From assembly GCA_035545935.1 (NCBI GenBank), contig DASZXP010000227.1, positions 655 through 64,654 on the forward strand: 64,000 bases of DNA. Direction: 5' to 3'. A program made the position numbers and the translations under genes. The notes below the pieces were generated by a model that saw only the letters and a program-made list of their open reading frames with translations, searched no databases and was not told the origin of the DNA. The stretch's first letter is position 1. Every line of letters starts with the position of its first letter. This document shows positions 36,874 through 45,966 of this stretch, piece after piece. The stretch comes from Puia sp. (GTDB lineage: Bacteria > Bacteroidota > Bacteroidia > Chitinophagales > Chitinophagaceae).

Positions 36874-39800
36874 GGAAAGCGCACTCTTTTTCCACCACCT
36901 GTTGTTACTGCGGAGTAGGCTGCGGCATCACCGTCCATAAGGACAAAAAAGGGGATATCACGGTGCAGGGCGATGCGGCCTATCCGGTGAACAAAGGGAT
37001 GTTGTGCAGCAAGGGTCTCAATCTGCACTATACTGTCAACGACAGGAGCGATCGTCTTCTGTACCCGCAGATGCGATACAACAAACAAATGCCTTTGCAA
37101 CGGGTCAGCTGGGAGACAGCCATCGACAGAGCAGCGGCCGTATTCAGGTCCCTGGTTCAAAAATATGGACCGGACTCCGTGGCCTTTTATATATCCGGTC
37201 AATGCCTGACGGAGGAATATTATGTGATCAATAAGCTGATGAAAGGCTTCATCGGCAGCAACAATGTCGACAGCAATTCCCGTCTCTGTATGAGCAGCGC
37301 GGTCGCCGCCTATAAAAAGGCCCTGGGAGAGGACAGCGTTCCCCTGAACTATTCGGACATCGAAGAGGCGGATTGCTTTTTTATCACGGGCGCCAACCCG
37401 GCCTGGTGTCATCCCATTCTCTGGAGAAGGATAGAAGCGCACAAGGCGGCCAATCCCCACGTAAGGATCATCGTATCGGACCCACGGCAGACAGATACAG
37501 CGGCGCTCGCGGATTGCTATCTGCCCATCCGCCCCGGTACGGATATCACCCTGCATCATGCCTTCGGCAGGATCCTCATCGAAGAAGGCAATATCGATCC
37601 CAATTTCATAAAGGATCATACGGAAGGTTTTGCCGCCTATAAAGAGGCTGCCTTCCAGCACAGTATCGAAGAATCCGCCTCATTGTGCGGCATATCCGAA
37701 ATGGATATCCGCCGGGCCGCGGGTTATATCGCGGACGCCAAAGGATTTATCAGCATGTGGACCATGGGGCTGAACCAAAGCGTCAACGGCGTGGACAAGA
37801 TCCTTTCCCTGATCAACCTGCACCTGGCGACAGGACATATCGGCAAGCCGGGATCAGGGCCTTTTTCTCTCACCGGTCAGCCAAACGCCATGGGCGGCCG
37901 GGAGGTAGGAGGACTGGCCAATCTGCTGCCAGCTCATATGGACCTTTCCAACCCCGTCCATCGTGACAAATTGCAGCAGTTCTGGAATGGCGTGCCTATC
38001 TCGCCAGCGCCGGGATTGACAGCCACCGAGATCTTCGAAGCCCTGGAAAAGGGAAAACTAAAGGCCATCTGGATCATTGGCACCAACCCTTTAATAAGCC
38101 TGCCGGATGTGCGACAGGCAGAGGCCGCTCTTAAAAAAGCAAAATTCGTCGTGGTACAGGAGATCAGCAACAAACCCGAGACATTGACCTACGCGGACCT
38201 GGTGCTGCCTGCTGCCGGCTGGACGGAAAAGGAAGGCACCATGACAAACTCCGAACGAAGGATCAGCTACCTCCATAAGATCGTAGACCCTCCGGGCGAA
38301 GCATTGCCGGATGCCGACATCATTTGCCGCTTGGCCAGGAAAATGGGATTCCCTGGCTTTGACTTCCCCGACGCAGCAGCTATCTACAAAGAATATGCCC
38401 GGCTGACAAAAGGCTCATCCATCGATATCAGCGATCTCAGCCATGAAGCGCTGCGCGAACAACGCTCGGTACAGTGGCCGCGCACAAAGGACGGCCCTAC
38501 CGCCACACCATTCCATGACCTGCGATTCTCCACTCCTTCAGGTCGCGCTCAATTCCACGCCGTACCCGATACCCCTTCCAGCGAGATGCCGGACGCGGAC
38601 TTCCCCCTGGTACTAACGACGGGGCGTATCCGTGATCAATGGCATACCATGACAAAGACAGGGAAGGTCAATAAATTGAAACAGCATATCGCACAGGCTT
38701 TTCTGGAAATACATCCCGAGGATGCCCGTCCCCTGGGCATTGCCGATAACGACCTGGTGCTGGTAAGCTCCGGACGGGGCGAGGCGAGGGTAAAGGCCCG
38801 TTACTCCCTATCCATCCGGAAAGGGGTGGTATTCATGCCCATGCATTGGGGCAAGGTGCTGGGGAACGACCTCAACAGGGCCAACAATCTTACCAACAAT
38901 CTGGTAGACCCTGTCTCCAAAGAGCCCGACTTCAAATACTCCGCCGTCCGTGTCGTCAAATACAGAAAGCCAAAGGAAAGGATCGTCATCATTGGAGCAG
39001 GCGCCGGCGCCTTCGGATTTGTCCAGTCCTACCGGCAGCTGAACAAAGAGGACGAGATCGTGATCTTCAGCAAAGAAAATTTCCCTTTTTACAATCGGGT
39101 ACAGCTCCCTGACTATATCAGCGGCACGCAGGACTGGGAGCAGCTGATCAAGATGACGGACGAAGAAGAGCCCCTGTATAACATCCGGCTGCATAAAGGC
39201 GTCAGTATCGAGACCATCGACAGGGAAGAGAAATATGTAGTGGATTCCAGAGGTGTAACGACCTATTTTGATAAACTATTGCTGGCCACGGGCAGCAGGG
39301 CCGCGCTTCCAAAGAACGTTCCTTTCCTGGAGGGCATTTTTACCATGCGCAGCCGTACGGACGCCGACAGGTTCAAGCAGCAGCTGCCGGCCGGCGGTCA
39401 TGTCGTCATCGTGGGAGGCGGGTTGCTGGGATTGGAAATGGCAGCATCGCTTCGGGAAATAAATATAAGGGTCTCCGTTATCCACCGCAGCTCGCGCTTT
39501 CTCGACAGACAGCTGGACGTATTGGCCAGCCAGCTGCTCCACGAAGAGATCATCGACCAGGGCTGTGACGTATACTATTCCGACGAAGTACAGCTGTTCT
39601 ATGGACACCCCCGGCTGACGGGCATCCGTCTCAAAAGCGGCAGGATGATCGATTGCGATGCCCTGATATTTGCCATCGGCACCGTACCGAATACCGAACT
39701 GGCCGTGGCGGCGGGACTGCATTGCCAACGGGGCGTCATCGTCAATGAATACATGCAGACCAGCGACCCTAACATTTATGCGGTAGGAGAGATCGCAGAA

Positions 39801-40370
39801 TTCGATGGAATGCTCTATGGCTTTACCGCAGCAGCGGAACAGCAGGCCGGCATATTCGCCGGCTATCTCAGTGGGGACATCAGCAACTATTACAAGGGCA
39901 CGACTTCGATGAGCATCATCAAGATCCATGGATTCGACCTTTGCTGTCTTGGTATTCCCGACAGACCGAACGAACATGAATATGAAGAGATCGTCTTCAT
40001 CGACCTGGCCCGCCGTTATTACAAGAAATGTATCGTCCACCAGGACAGGCTCGTAGGAGCTATCCTCGTCGGGGACAAAGACGAATTCCTGGAATTCAAA
40101 GAACTCATCTCCGGCCGGATCGAGCTGAACGAACGGCGTCTTCAGCTGCTGCGCAGCGGGAAAAGGTCGGAACCCGTACTGGGCAAGCTGGTCTGCAGCT
40201 GTAACAACGTGGGCAGCGGCAACATCGAGAACAAAATTGCATCAGGCTGTACGGAGCTGGCGCAGATCTGCGCCGCTACGGGAGCTGGCACCGGTTGCGG
40301 CTCCTGCCGGCCCGAGGTAAAAAAGATATTGGAAAACAAACTACAGGAGGCGGCCATAGGTGTTTCGTAA
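36870..40370 (+). CDS. Assimilatory Mo-bisMGD nitrate reductase fused to an FAD/NADH oxidoreductase and a BFD [2Fe-2S] domain
   Basis: CCYCGVGC...LCSKG (4Fe-4S), SRLCMSSA (Mo ligand), GQPNAMGGRE, LTTGRIRDQWHT, then two GxG motifs and CSCNNV...GCGSC. Confidence 0.92.
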   Translation: MRKAHSFSTTCCYCGVGCGITVHKDKKGDITVQGDAAYPVNKGMLCSKGLNLHYTVNDRSDRLLYPQMRYNKQMPLQRVSWETAIDRAAAVFRSLVQKYGPDSVAFYISGQCLTEEYYVINKLMKGFIGSNNVDSNSRLCMSSAVAAYKKALGEDSVPLNYSDIEEADCFFITGANPAWCHPILWRRIEAHKAANPHVRIIVSDPRQTDTAALADCYLPIRPGTDITLHHAFGRILIEEGNIDPNFIKDHTEGFAAYKEAAFQHSIEESASLCGISEMDIRRAAGYIADAKGFISMWTMGLNQSVNGVDKILSLINLHLATGHIGKPGSGPFSLTGQPNAMGGREVGGLANLLPAHMDLSNPVHRDKLQQFWNGVPISPAPGLTATEIFEALEKGKLKAIWIIGTNPLISLPDVRQAEAALKKAKFVVVQEISNKPETLTYADLVLPAAGWTEKEGTMTNSERRISYLHKIVDPPGEALPDADIICRLARKMGFPGFDFPDAAAIYKEYARLTKGSSIDISDLSHEALREQRSVQWPRTKDGPTATPFHDLRFSTPSGRAQFHAVPDTPSSEMPDADFPLVLTTGRIRDQWHTMTKTGKVNKLKQHIAQAFLEIHPEDARPLGIADNDLVLVSSGRGEARVKARYSLSIRKGVVFMPMHWGKVLGNDLNRANNLTNNLVDPVSKEPDFKYSAVRVVKYRKPKERIVIIGAGAGAFGFVQSYRQLNKEDEIVIFSKENFPFYNRVQLPDYISGTQDWEQLIKMTDEEEPLYNIRLHKGVSIETIDREEKYVVDSRGVTTYFDKLLLATGSRAALPKNVPFLEGIFTMRSRTDADRFKQQLPAGGHVVIVGGGLLGLEMAASLREINIRVSVIHRSSRFLDRQLDVLASQLLHEEIIDQGCDVYYSDEVQLFYGHPRLTGIRLKSGRMIDCDALIFAIGTVPNTELAVAAGLHCQRGVIVNEYMQTSDPNIYAVGEIAEFDGMLYGFTAAAEQQAGIFAGYLSGDISNYYKGTTSMSIIKIHGFDLCCLGIPDRPNEHEYEEIVFIDLARRYYKKCIVHQDRLVGAILVGDKDEFLEFKELISGRIELNERRLQLLRSGKRSEPVLGKLVCSCNNVGSGNIENKIASGCTELAQICAATGAGTGCGSCRPEVKKILENKLQEAAIGVS

Positions 40371-41829
40371 GAACTATACGGTCAAGATCAATCTTCCCGG
40401 CGGCATCGTCGCTCCGGGGGAACTGTATGCCATTGTAGAGGCGGCTGAACGGGCAAGGGTTTCAGACATGCAGCTGGGCACACGCCAGCAGCTGTTTTGC
40501 AAGGTGACGGATAAATACGGACCCGATTTTTTAAAGGCGCTGCAGGAAGCCGGTGTTTCCTTCGAAGCCAACGAGGACAGACATCCCAACATCGTCAGCT
40601 CCTATGTCACGGAAGGGATCTTTACCACCCAAAGCTGGGTCAGCGAGGGACTCTACAAGGATATCCTATCCGCCTTCGACTTCAAACCCCGCCTGAAGAT
40701 CAATCTGGTGGAAAAAAGCCAATCCTTTGTACCCTTCTTCACCGGCAATATCAACTTTATCAGCTCCGACATCGGCAACTACTGGTACCTCTACATACGG
40801 ATGCCCCAGACCACGCAGATCCATCCCTGGAAAGACCTCGTCTGTTCCGAAGATATCCCGCGTATCAGCCGGATCATCGAAGAGCTGATACTCCAGGGGA
40901 AACCGTTCCCGGGAGATGAACTGTACGCCGCTGTCCTTCCCCATGGCCCTTTTGCCACACAGCCGGTGAGAGCAGCGTTGCAATGGCCTGTCTTCGACCT
41001 CCCTTATTACGAAGGTTTCGCCCGATGGAAGAACAAAATATGGCTCGGCATCTACCGTAGAGAAGAGCTCTTCCCCGTCGCTTTTCTAAAGGACATTTGC
41101 CTTATCTGCCTGGAGACCCGTATCGGACAGCTGTATACCACGCCATGGAAATCCCTGATCATAAAGGGCATCGGGGAAAGTCACCGGGCATTATGGGAAT
41201 ACGTCATGGGGAAATACCGTATCAACCTCCGGCACGCCGGCAATGAGCTGAACTGGCAGGTAGAAGACATGAATGAAGAAGGCTTGCGGCTCAAGCGGTA
41301 CCTGGTACGCCAGCTCGATCTGGAAGATGTCCGTACGGAAGGGTTATGCTTTGCCATCAAGACCCGACCGAAGTCAGGCCTCTCGGGCTCCGTCATCATT
41401 CGCAAACAGACGGGAGGACGCGCCGACCAGCGGAAACTGCTGGACAGATATGATATTTTGCATACACCCGATTTCAATGCCAACTCAAAAGAGTTCATCC
41501 TCTATCGGGAAGGCCTGGAAAAAGAAAACCTCTTTGTCTACCTGGTCTCGCTATGTAAATCCTTTTATGAACAACAAAGCGGGAGGGAGCCCGCCCCTCT
41601 CCAAAGGCCCTTTGGAGGCATCGATACCTCCTCCGGGAATGATAAGAATGCGACGGTCTTCCAATGCCGGCACTGTCTTACGCTGTATGACGAACAATAC
41701 GGCGACCCGGACGCAGGCGAACCTCCCGGACGCCCCTTCGAACAGACGGCTCCCGGCTATGCCTGTCCTGTCTGCGGCAGCGGTAAAGAGGACTTCCAAC
41801 CCGTCGAAAAAACGCAGTTTATGGGCTGA
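40360..41829 (+). CDS. NiR/SiR ferredoxin-like half-domain protein with C-terminal rubredoxin
   Basis: GTG start; KINLPGGIV..GEL..I...A.......LGTRQQL and CRHC...YDEQYGDP...CPVC. Confidence 0.8.
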   Translation: MFRKNYTVKINLPGGIVAPGELYAIVEAAERARVSDMQLGTRQQLFCKVTDKYGPDFLKALQEAGVSFEANEDRHPNIVSSYVTEGIFTTQSWVSEGLYKDILSAFDFKPRLKINLVEKSQSFVPFFTGNINFISSDIGNYWYLYIRMPQTTQIHPWKDLVCSEDIPRISRIIEELILQGKPFPGDELYAAVLPHGPFATQPVRAALQWPVFDLPYYEGFARWKNKIWLGIYRREELFPVAFLKDICLICLETRIGQLYTTPWKSLIIKGIGESHRALWEYVMGKYRINLRHAGNELNWQVEDMNEEGLRLKRYLVRQLDLEDVRTEGLCFAIKTRPKSGLSGSVIIRKQTGGRADQRKLLDRYDILHTPDFNANSKEFILYREGLEKENLFVYLVSLCKSFYEQQSGREPAPLQRPFGGIDTSSGNDKNATVFQCRHCLTLYDEQYGDPDAGEPPGRPFEQTAPGYACPVCGSGKEDFQPVEKTQFMG

Positions 41830-41835
41830 CTATCG

Positions 41836-41843
41836 TAACTTTG
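41836..41843 (+). promoter_or_regulatory. Internal -7 element (TAACTTTG) 5 nt before the moaA ATG
   Basis: Exact TAnnTTTG match in a 19-nt intergenic gap. Confidence 0.6.
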
Positions 41844-41848
41844 AACAC

Positions 41849-42805
41849 ATGTCCGTTATACACGATCGATATGGAAGGACTTTCAGGACCTTACGGCTGA
41901 GCCTGCTCAACCATTGCAACCTGGGTTGTGTCTATTGTGTGGCTGGTGACAATGAGATCAAGGCGGCCAATGCCACCCATTCGTCCCTCCCCGTATCCAG
42001 CCTTCTCGACATTATCAGACGGCTGCACAGACACCTGGACCTTTCCACCATTCGCCTTACGGGAGGCGAGCCGCTTTTATACCATGGCCTGACGGGCCTC
42101 ATCGGCGGTATTCGTGAAATGGGCATAACGTCGATCAAGCTGACGACAAATGGATTCCTGCTGGAACGTCTGGCGATGCCGATGAAACAGGCTGGTATGC
42201 GATCCATCAATGTGTCGCTGGATGCCGTCGATGAAGATGTTTTCTACAAGATGAGCAGACGACACGCGGTGCAACGGGTCATCCAGGGCATCGATAAGGC
42301 ATTGGAGGCGGGATTGGAGGTAAAGATCAACAGCGTCATCATGAAGGGGATCAATGACGGACAGATCCTGCCTTTGCTGGAATTTGCTTTTTCCCGCGGT
42401 TGTCGTATCCGGCTCCTGGAAGTGATGGCCATGGGACATTTGCACGACCAGGCGGATCGATACCTCTTTCCACAGGAAGAAATGCTGGCGACGATAGCCG
42501 GCCGCTATACATTCGAGCCGTTGGGCCGGACCAGATCGGCTACGGCAAGCTACTGGCAGACGGATAAGGGACATCAATTTGGGATCATCGCCAACGAGAC
42601 GGCGCCTTTTTGCAGCGACTGCGACAGGCTGAGACTGGACAGCAGCGGACATATCTACGGATGTCTCAGCAGCAATCATCCCATCTTGCTGGATGAGAAC
42701 GAAAACGAAGAGACATGGACAACGAAGCTACAGCAGGCGCTTCTACAGAAACAGACCCTGCGATTCACGGGCAGCGATCTCAGCATGCTGCATATTGGAG
42801 GATAG
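41849..42805 (+). CDS. moaA: GTP 3',8-cyclase (radical SAM)
   Basis: Start MSVIHDRYGR (the track's 41273 extension is a shadow); CNLGCVYC, RLTGGEP, CSDC-x13-C and a terminal GG. Confidence 0.93.
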   Translation: MSVIHDRYGRTFRTLRLSLLNHCNLGCVYCVAGDNEIKAANATHSSLPVSSLLDIIRRLHRHLDLSTIRLTGGEPLLYHGLTGLIGGIREMGITSIKLTTNGFLLERLAMPMKQAGMRSINVSLDAVDEDVFYKMSRRHAVQRVIQGIDKALEAGLEVKINSVIMKGINDGQILPLLEFAFSRGCRIRLLEVMAMGHLHDQADRYLFPQEEMLATIAGRYTFEPLGRTRSATASYWQTDKGHQFGIIANETAPFCSDCDRLRLDSSGHIYGCLSSNHPILLDENENEETWTTKLQQALLQKQTLRFTGSDLSMLHIGG

Positions 42806-42851
42806 TTTTCGGCCTCCGGGTTAAGTTGAAAGTACCCTCCGGCCAAGAACA

Positions 42852-42890
42852 GCTAATGATGGCGCTTCGCGCAACGGACCTGTGGTCTGT
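42852..42890 (-). repeat. REP-like hairpin mosaic between moaA and moaD
   Basis: Minus strand ACAGACC-ACA-GGTCCGT-T-GCGC-GAA-GCGC-CA-TCATTAGC shares GACCACAGGTCC and TCATTAGC with the groEL 3' element. Confidence 0.65.
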
Positions 42891-42923
42891 TTAATCGCGG
42901 CCGGGCCGCACAAAAGAACGAAC

Positions 42924-43157
42924 ATGAAAATTCACGTTTATGCCAAATTGAAAGATTATTTCTCGCCGGAGTTCGAGCTGGATGCTGTTGCGCACAACAC
43001 CGACGAGCTAAAGCTCCGCCTGCTGGAGATCAATGGAGAGGCCGGACAGATACTGGACAGCTGTCGCTTTGCCATCGAAGAAGGATTCATCGATCACGAT
43101 CACAAATTAAAGGAAAATGATACGGTCATCATCATCCCCCCTTCCAGCGGAGGTTAG
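42924..43157 (+). CDS. moaD: Molybdopterin synthase sulfur carrier
   Basis: 77 aa ending IIPPSSGG; start MKIHVYAKLKDYF. Confidence 0.9.
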   Translation: MKIHVYAKLKDYFSPEFELDAVAHNTDELKLRLLEINGEAGQILDSCRFAIEEGFIDHDHKLKENDTVIIIPPSSGG

Positions 43158-43164
43158 TAATGTA

Positions 43165-43593
43165 TTGCCCGAGTCCATACGGGTCGTCACCGGCGATCCG
43201 CTGGACATTGTCTCGCTGCTGCGTCAGGCGCATCATCCCGGCGCAGGGGCCGTCGTCCTTTTCAGCGGCGAAGTGCGCGACAGCAATAAGGGCAGGGAAG
43301 TGGCCTACCTGGAATATGAATCCCATGTTCCGCTGGCTGAAAAAATGGTCCATGACATACTGGATGAAGCCCGGGAGAAATGGGGATTGAAGGCGGCCAT
43401 TGCGCAGCACCGTATCGGGAAGCTGGCTATCGGCCAGTCGGCGGTAGTGGTGATCACGGCAGCTGCCCATCGCCGTGAGGCGTATGAAGCCAATCAGCAT
43501 ATCATACACAGGATCAAGCACGAGGTTCCCATCTGGAAATGCGAATATTTCTCCGACGGCACTCACCAGTGGGGGAATAACTGTAACTGTTGA
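43165..43593 (+). CDS. moaE: Molybdopterin synthase catalytic subunit
   Basis: GAVVLFSGEVR, LEYE, HRIG.L and K.EVPIWKCE motifs. Start uncertain; TTG at 43165 assumed. Confidence 0.88.
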   Translation: MPESIRVVTGDPLDIVSLLRQAHHPGAGAVVLFSGEVRDSNKGREVAYLEYESHVPLAEKMVHDILDEAREKWGLKAAIAQHRIGKLAIGQSAVVVITAAAHRREAYEANQHIIHRIKHEVPIWKCEYFSDGTHQWGNNCNC

Positions 43594-43647
43594 CCATGAC
43601 ACGAGCGCAGCGACTGCATGACTCCAATGAAAAGACATTAACTCGTC

Positions 43648-43953
43648 ATGAAACCTACCATTACCATCGAATATTGTCCTAAATGCGGGTGGATGCTTCG
43701 TGCGGCCTATATGGCGCAGGAACTGCTCACTACTTTTACCGAAGAGCTCCATGCCATAAGCCTTCAACCTTCCGAGCGGTCCGGATCCTATATCATATCC
43801 GTCGGCGGAGAAGAGCTTTTCAACAGACGGAGGGAAGGGCGCTTTCCCGAAATAAAGGAATTGAAACAGCTGGTCAGGGACAAGGTCTGTCCGGACAAGG
43901 ATCTCGGACATTCCGACAAACCGGCGGACAGGAGCGCGGGTTCCGGCATCTGA
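43648..43953 (+). CDS. Rdx (SelT/SelW/SelH) family protein
   Basis: ITIEYCPKCGWMLRAAYMAQELL.TF and FPE.KELKQ.VRD motifs. Confidence 0.9.
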   Translation: MKPTITIEYCPKCGWMLRAAYMAQELLTTFTEELHAISLQPSERSGSYIISVGGEELFNRRREGRFPEIKELKQLVRDKVCPDKDLGHSDKPADRSAGSGI

Positions 43954-43954
43954 T

Positions 43955-44506
43955 ATGGGAACGCTCATGGGTGTCATACTATGCGGCGGAGAAAGCCGTC
44001 GCATGGGCCGGGATAAAGGGCTCCTGGAAAAGGACGGCCTCCCCTGGGCAAAACATATGGCGGACAAACTGGCGGCCTACCATCTCCCCGTGGTCTTTTC
44101 CGTGAATACAGGACAGGTGAATGATTATACGGCCGCATTGCCCGGCGCCCGGCTGGTAGTAGACGGTGTGGCTGCCGGCGGCCCCCTGAAAGGCCTTCTC
44201 AGCGTACACGAACAATTCCCCGATAATGACCTGCTGTTATTGGCTTGCGATATGCTGGATATGGACACACCGACCATCCATCACCTGATAGCGGCATACC
44301 GCAAAGAAGATCATAACTATTACGCCTATGCCAAAGACGGCTTCTTTGAGCCTCTTTGCTGCATTTATACGGCAGCGGGCCTAATCCGGGCGCATACATC
44401 CCCGAGCCTGCAGCAGCTCCTTCATCAGGGCAAAACAAAAAGCCTCGTCATGCTAAATAACGAGGCTTTTCAAAATTATAATAACGGACCCGCAGGGGCC
44501 ATCTGA
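43955..44506 (+). CDS. mobA: Molybdenum cofactor guanylyltransferase
   Basis: ILCGGESRRMGRDK, GPLKG, LACDM and EPLCCIY motifs; located in a Moco cluster. Confidence 0.85.
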   Translation: MGTLMGVILCGGESRRMGRDKGLLEKDGLPWAKHMADKLAAYHLPVVFSVNTGQVNDYTAALPGARLVVDGVAAGGPLKGLLSVHEQFPDNDLLLLACDMLDMDTPTIHHLIAAYRKEDHNYYAYAKDGFFEPLCCIYTAAGLIRAHTSPSLQQLLHQGKTKSLVMLNNEAFQNYNNGPAGAI

Positions 44507-44507
44507 G

Positions 44508-45740
44508 CTAGTTCAGCTTCTTCTGCAAATTCTGGTCGATGGCATCCAGGAACTCTTCCGTGTACAGGAAATGTTTCCCATGCTCCACCTTGTTCCCGTG
44601 TATGCAGATAGCCAGGTCCTTTGTCATCTTACCGCTTTCCACCGTCTCGATACACACGGATTCCAGGGCATTGGCAAAGTCGATCAGATCCTGGTTGCCA
44701 TCCAGCTTGCCACGGAAGGCCAGACCCCTGGTCCATGCGAAAATGGAAGCGATGGGATTGGTAGAAGTGGGCTTGCCGGCCTGGTGATCCCTGTAGTGAC
44801 GGGTGACCGTGCCATGGGCTGCCTCAGCCTCCATGATCTTGCCATCGGGCGTGATCAGCACCGAGGTCATCAACCCCAGCGAGCCGAACCCCTGGGCTAC
44901 GGAATCGCTCTGTACGTCTCCGTCATAGTTCTTACAGGCCCATACGAAATTGCCGTTCCATTTCAGGGCGCTGGCCACCATGTCATCGATCAGACGATGT
45001 TCATAGACGATGCCTGCTTCCTTGAAGGCTTGCGCAAACTCCTTCTCATAGATGTCCTGGAAGATGTCCTTGAATCGGCCATCGTATTTTTTGAGGATGG
45101 TATTCTTGGTAGAAAGATACAGGGGCCATTTCTTGCTCAGCGCCATGTTGAAACAGCTCCGGGCAAAACCCTTGATCGACTCGTCCGTGTTGTACATGCT
45201 GAGTGCAACGCCATCGCCCTTGAAATTGAATACTTCGAAGGTCTGGGGTGCGCTGCCGTCCTCGGGTGTAAAGGTCATGGTCAGCTTGCCTTTGCCTTTG
45301 ATAACGGTGTCGGTCGCACGGTATTGGTCGCCGAATGCATGACGGCCTACGATGATGGGAGCCGTCCAGTTCGTCACCAGCCGGGGAACATTCGACATGA
45401 CGATGGGTTCGCGGAAGACCGTACCATCTAAGATATTCCGGATGGTACCGTTGGGGCTCTTCCACATCTGCTTCAGGCTGAACTCCTTCACACGGGCCTC
45501 ATCCGGCGTGATCGTGGCGCACTTGATACCTACGCCGTATTGCTTGATGGCATTGGCTGCATCGATAGTGACCTGGTCGTTGGTCTGGTCACGATACTCT
45601 ACACCCAGGTCATAGTATTTGATGTCTACATCCAGGTAGGGTAGGATCAACTTGTCTTTGATGAATTTCCAGATAATGCGGGTCATTTCATCCCCATCTA
45701 ACTCCACCACAGGGTTTGCAACTTTGATTTTCTTGGCCAT
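44508..45740 (-). CDS. icd: NADP-dependent isocitrate dehydrogenase (type II)
   Basis: Start [21 protein letters not shown]; [17 protein letters not shown] and [12 protein letters not shown] motifs. Confidence 0.96.
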   Translation of the reverse strand: MAKKIKVANPVVELDGDEMTRIIWKFIKDKLILPYLDVDIKYYDLGVEYRDQTNDQVTIDAANAIKQYGVGIKCATITPDEARVKEFSLKQMWKSPNGTIRNILDGTVFREPIVMSNVPRLVTNWTAPIIVGRHAFGDQYRATDTVIKGKGKLTMTFTPEDGSAPQTFEVFNFKGDGVALSMYNTDESIKGFARSCFNMALSKKWPLYLSTKNTILKKYDGRFKDIFQDIYEKEFAQAFKEAGIVYEHRLIDDMVASALKWNGNFVWACKNYDGDVQSDSVAQGFGSLGLMTSVLITPDGKIMEAEAAHGTVTRHYRDHQAGKPTSTNPIASIFAWTRGLAFRGKLDGNQDLIDFANALESVCIETVESGKMTKDLAICIHGNKVEHGKHFLYTEEFLDAIDQNLQKKLN

Positions 45741-45792
45741 ATTTCTTCTTTTTTTATATAATCGATTCCCGGCAACGAACCAGGAGCTCATT

Positions 45793-45810
45793 AATGTCCG
45801 AAAAACGGGT
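45793..45810 (+). repeat. 18-bp direct repeat, copy 1
   Basis: AATGTCCGAAAAACGGGT, identical to 47205-47222. Confidence 0.75.
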
Positions 45811-45850
45811 ATTGGAAAATGTTACCCCTTTTTCGGAAAAATCTAATATC

Positions 45851-45880
45851 TGTCCTTCGGACAATGAACCGAAGGTTCAT
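45851..45880. repeat. Two adjacent REP-like hairpins
   Basis: TGTCC-TTC-GGACA and ATGAACC-GAA-GGTTCAT. Confidence 0.65.
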
Positions 45881-45966
45881 TAAGGGAGAGCAAACGTACA
45901 AGAATATGATGAAATTGGGCCTCCGATGCCGGTTTTTTTTTATGTTTGTATCCCAACTGCTTTTGA

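Noticed and set aside
41273-41848. 192-codon N-terminal extension of MoaA in the ORF track
   Set aside because: It overlaps the rubredoxin-fusion gene in another frame. MoaA homology starts at MSVIHDRYGR (41849), right after a -7 promoter.
43888-43897. TGTCCGGACA palindrome inside the Rdx gene
   Set aside because: It encodes ordinary residues (C-P-D) and lacks the flanking repeat modules; probably chance.
43648-43953. Selenoprotein recoding in the SelW-like gene
   Set aside because: The motif is CPKC with ordinary Cys codons; there is no in-frame TGA.
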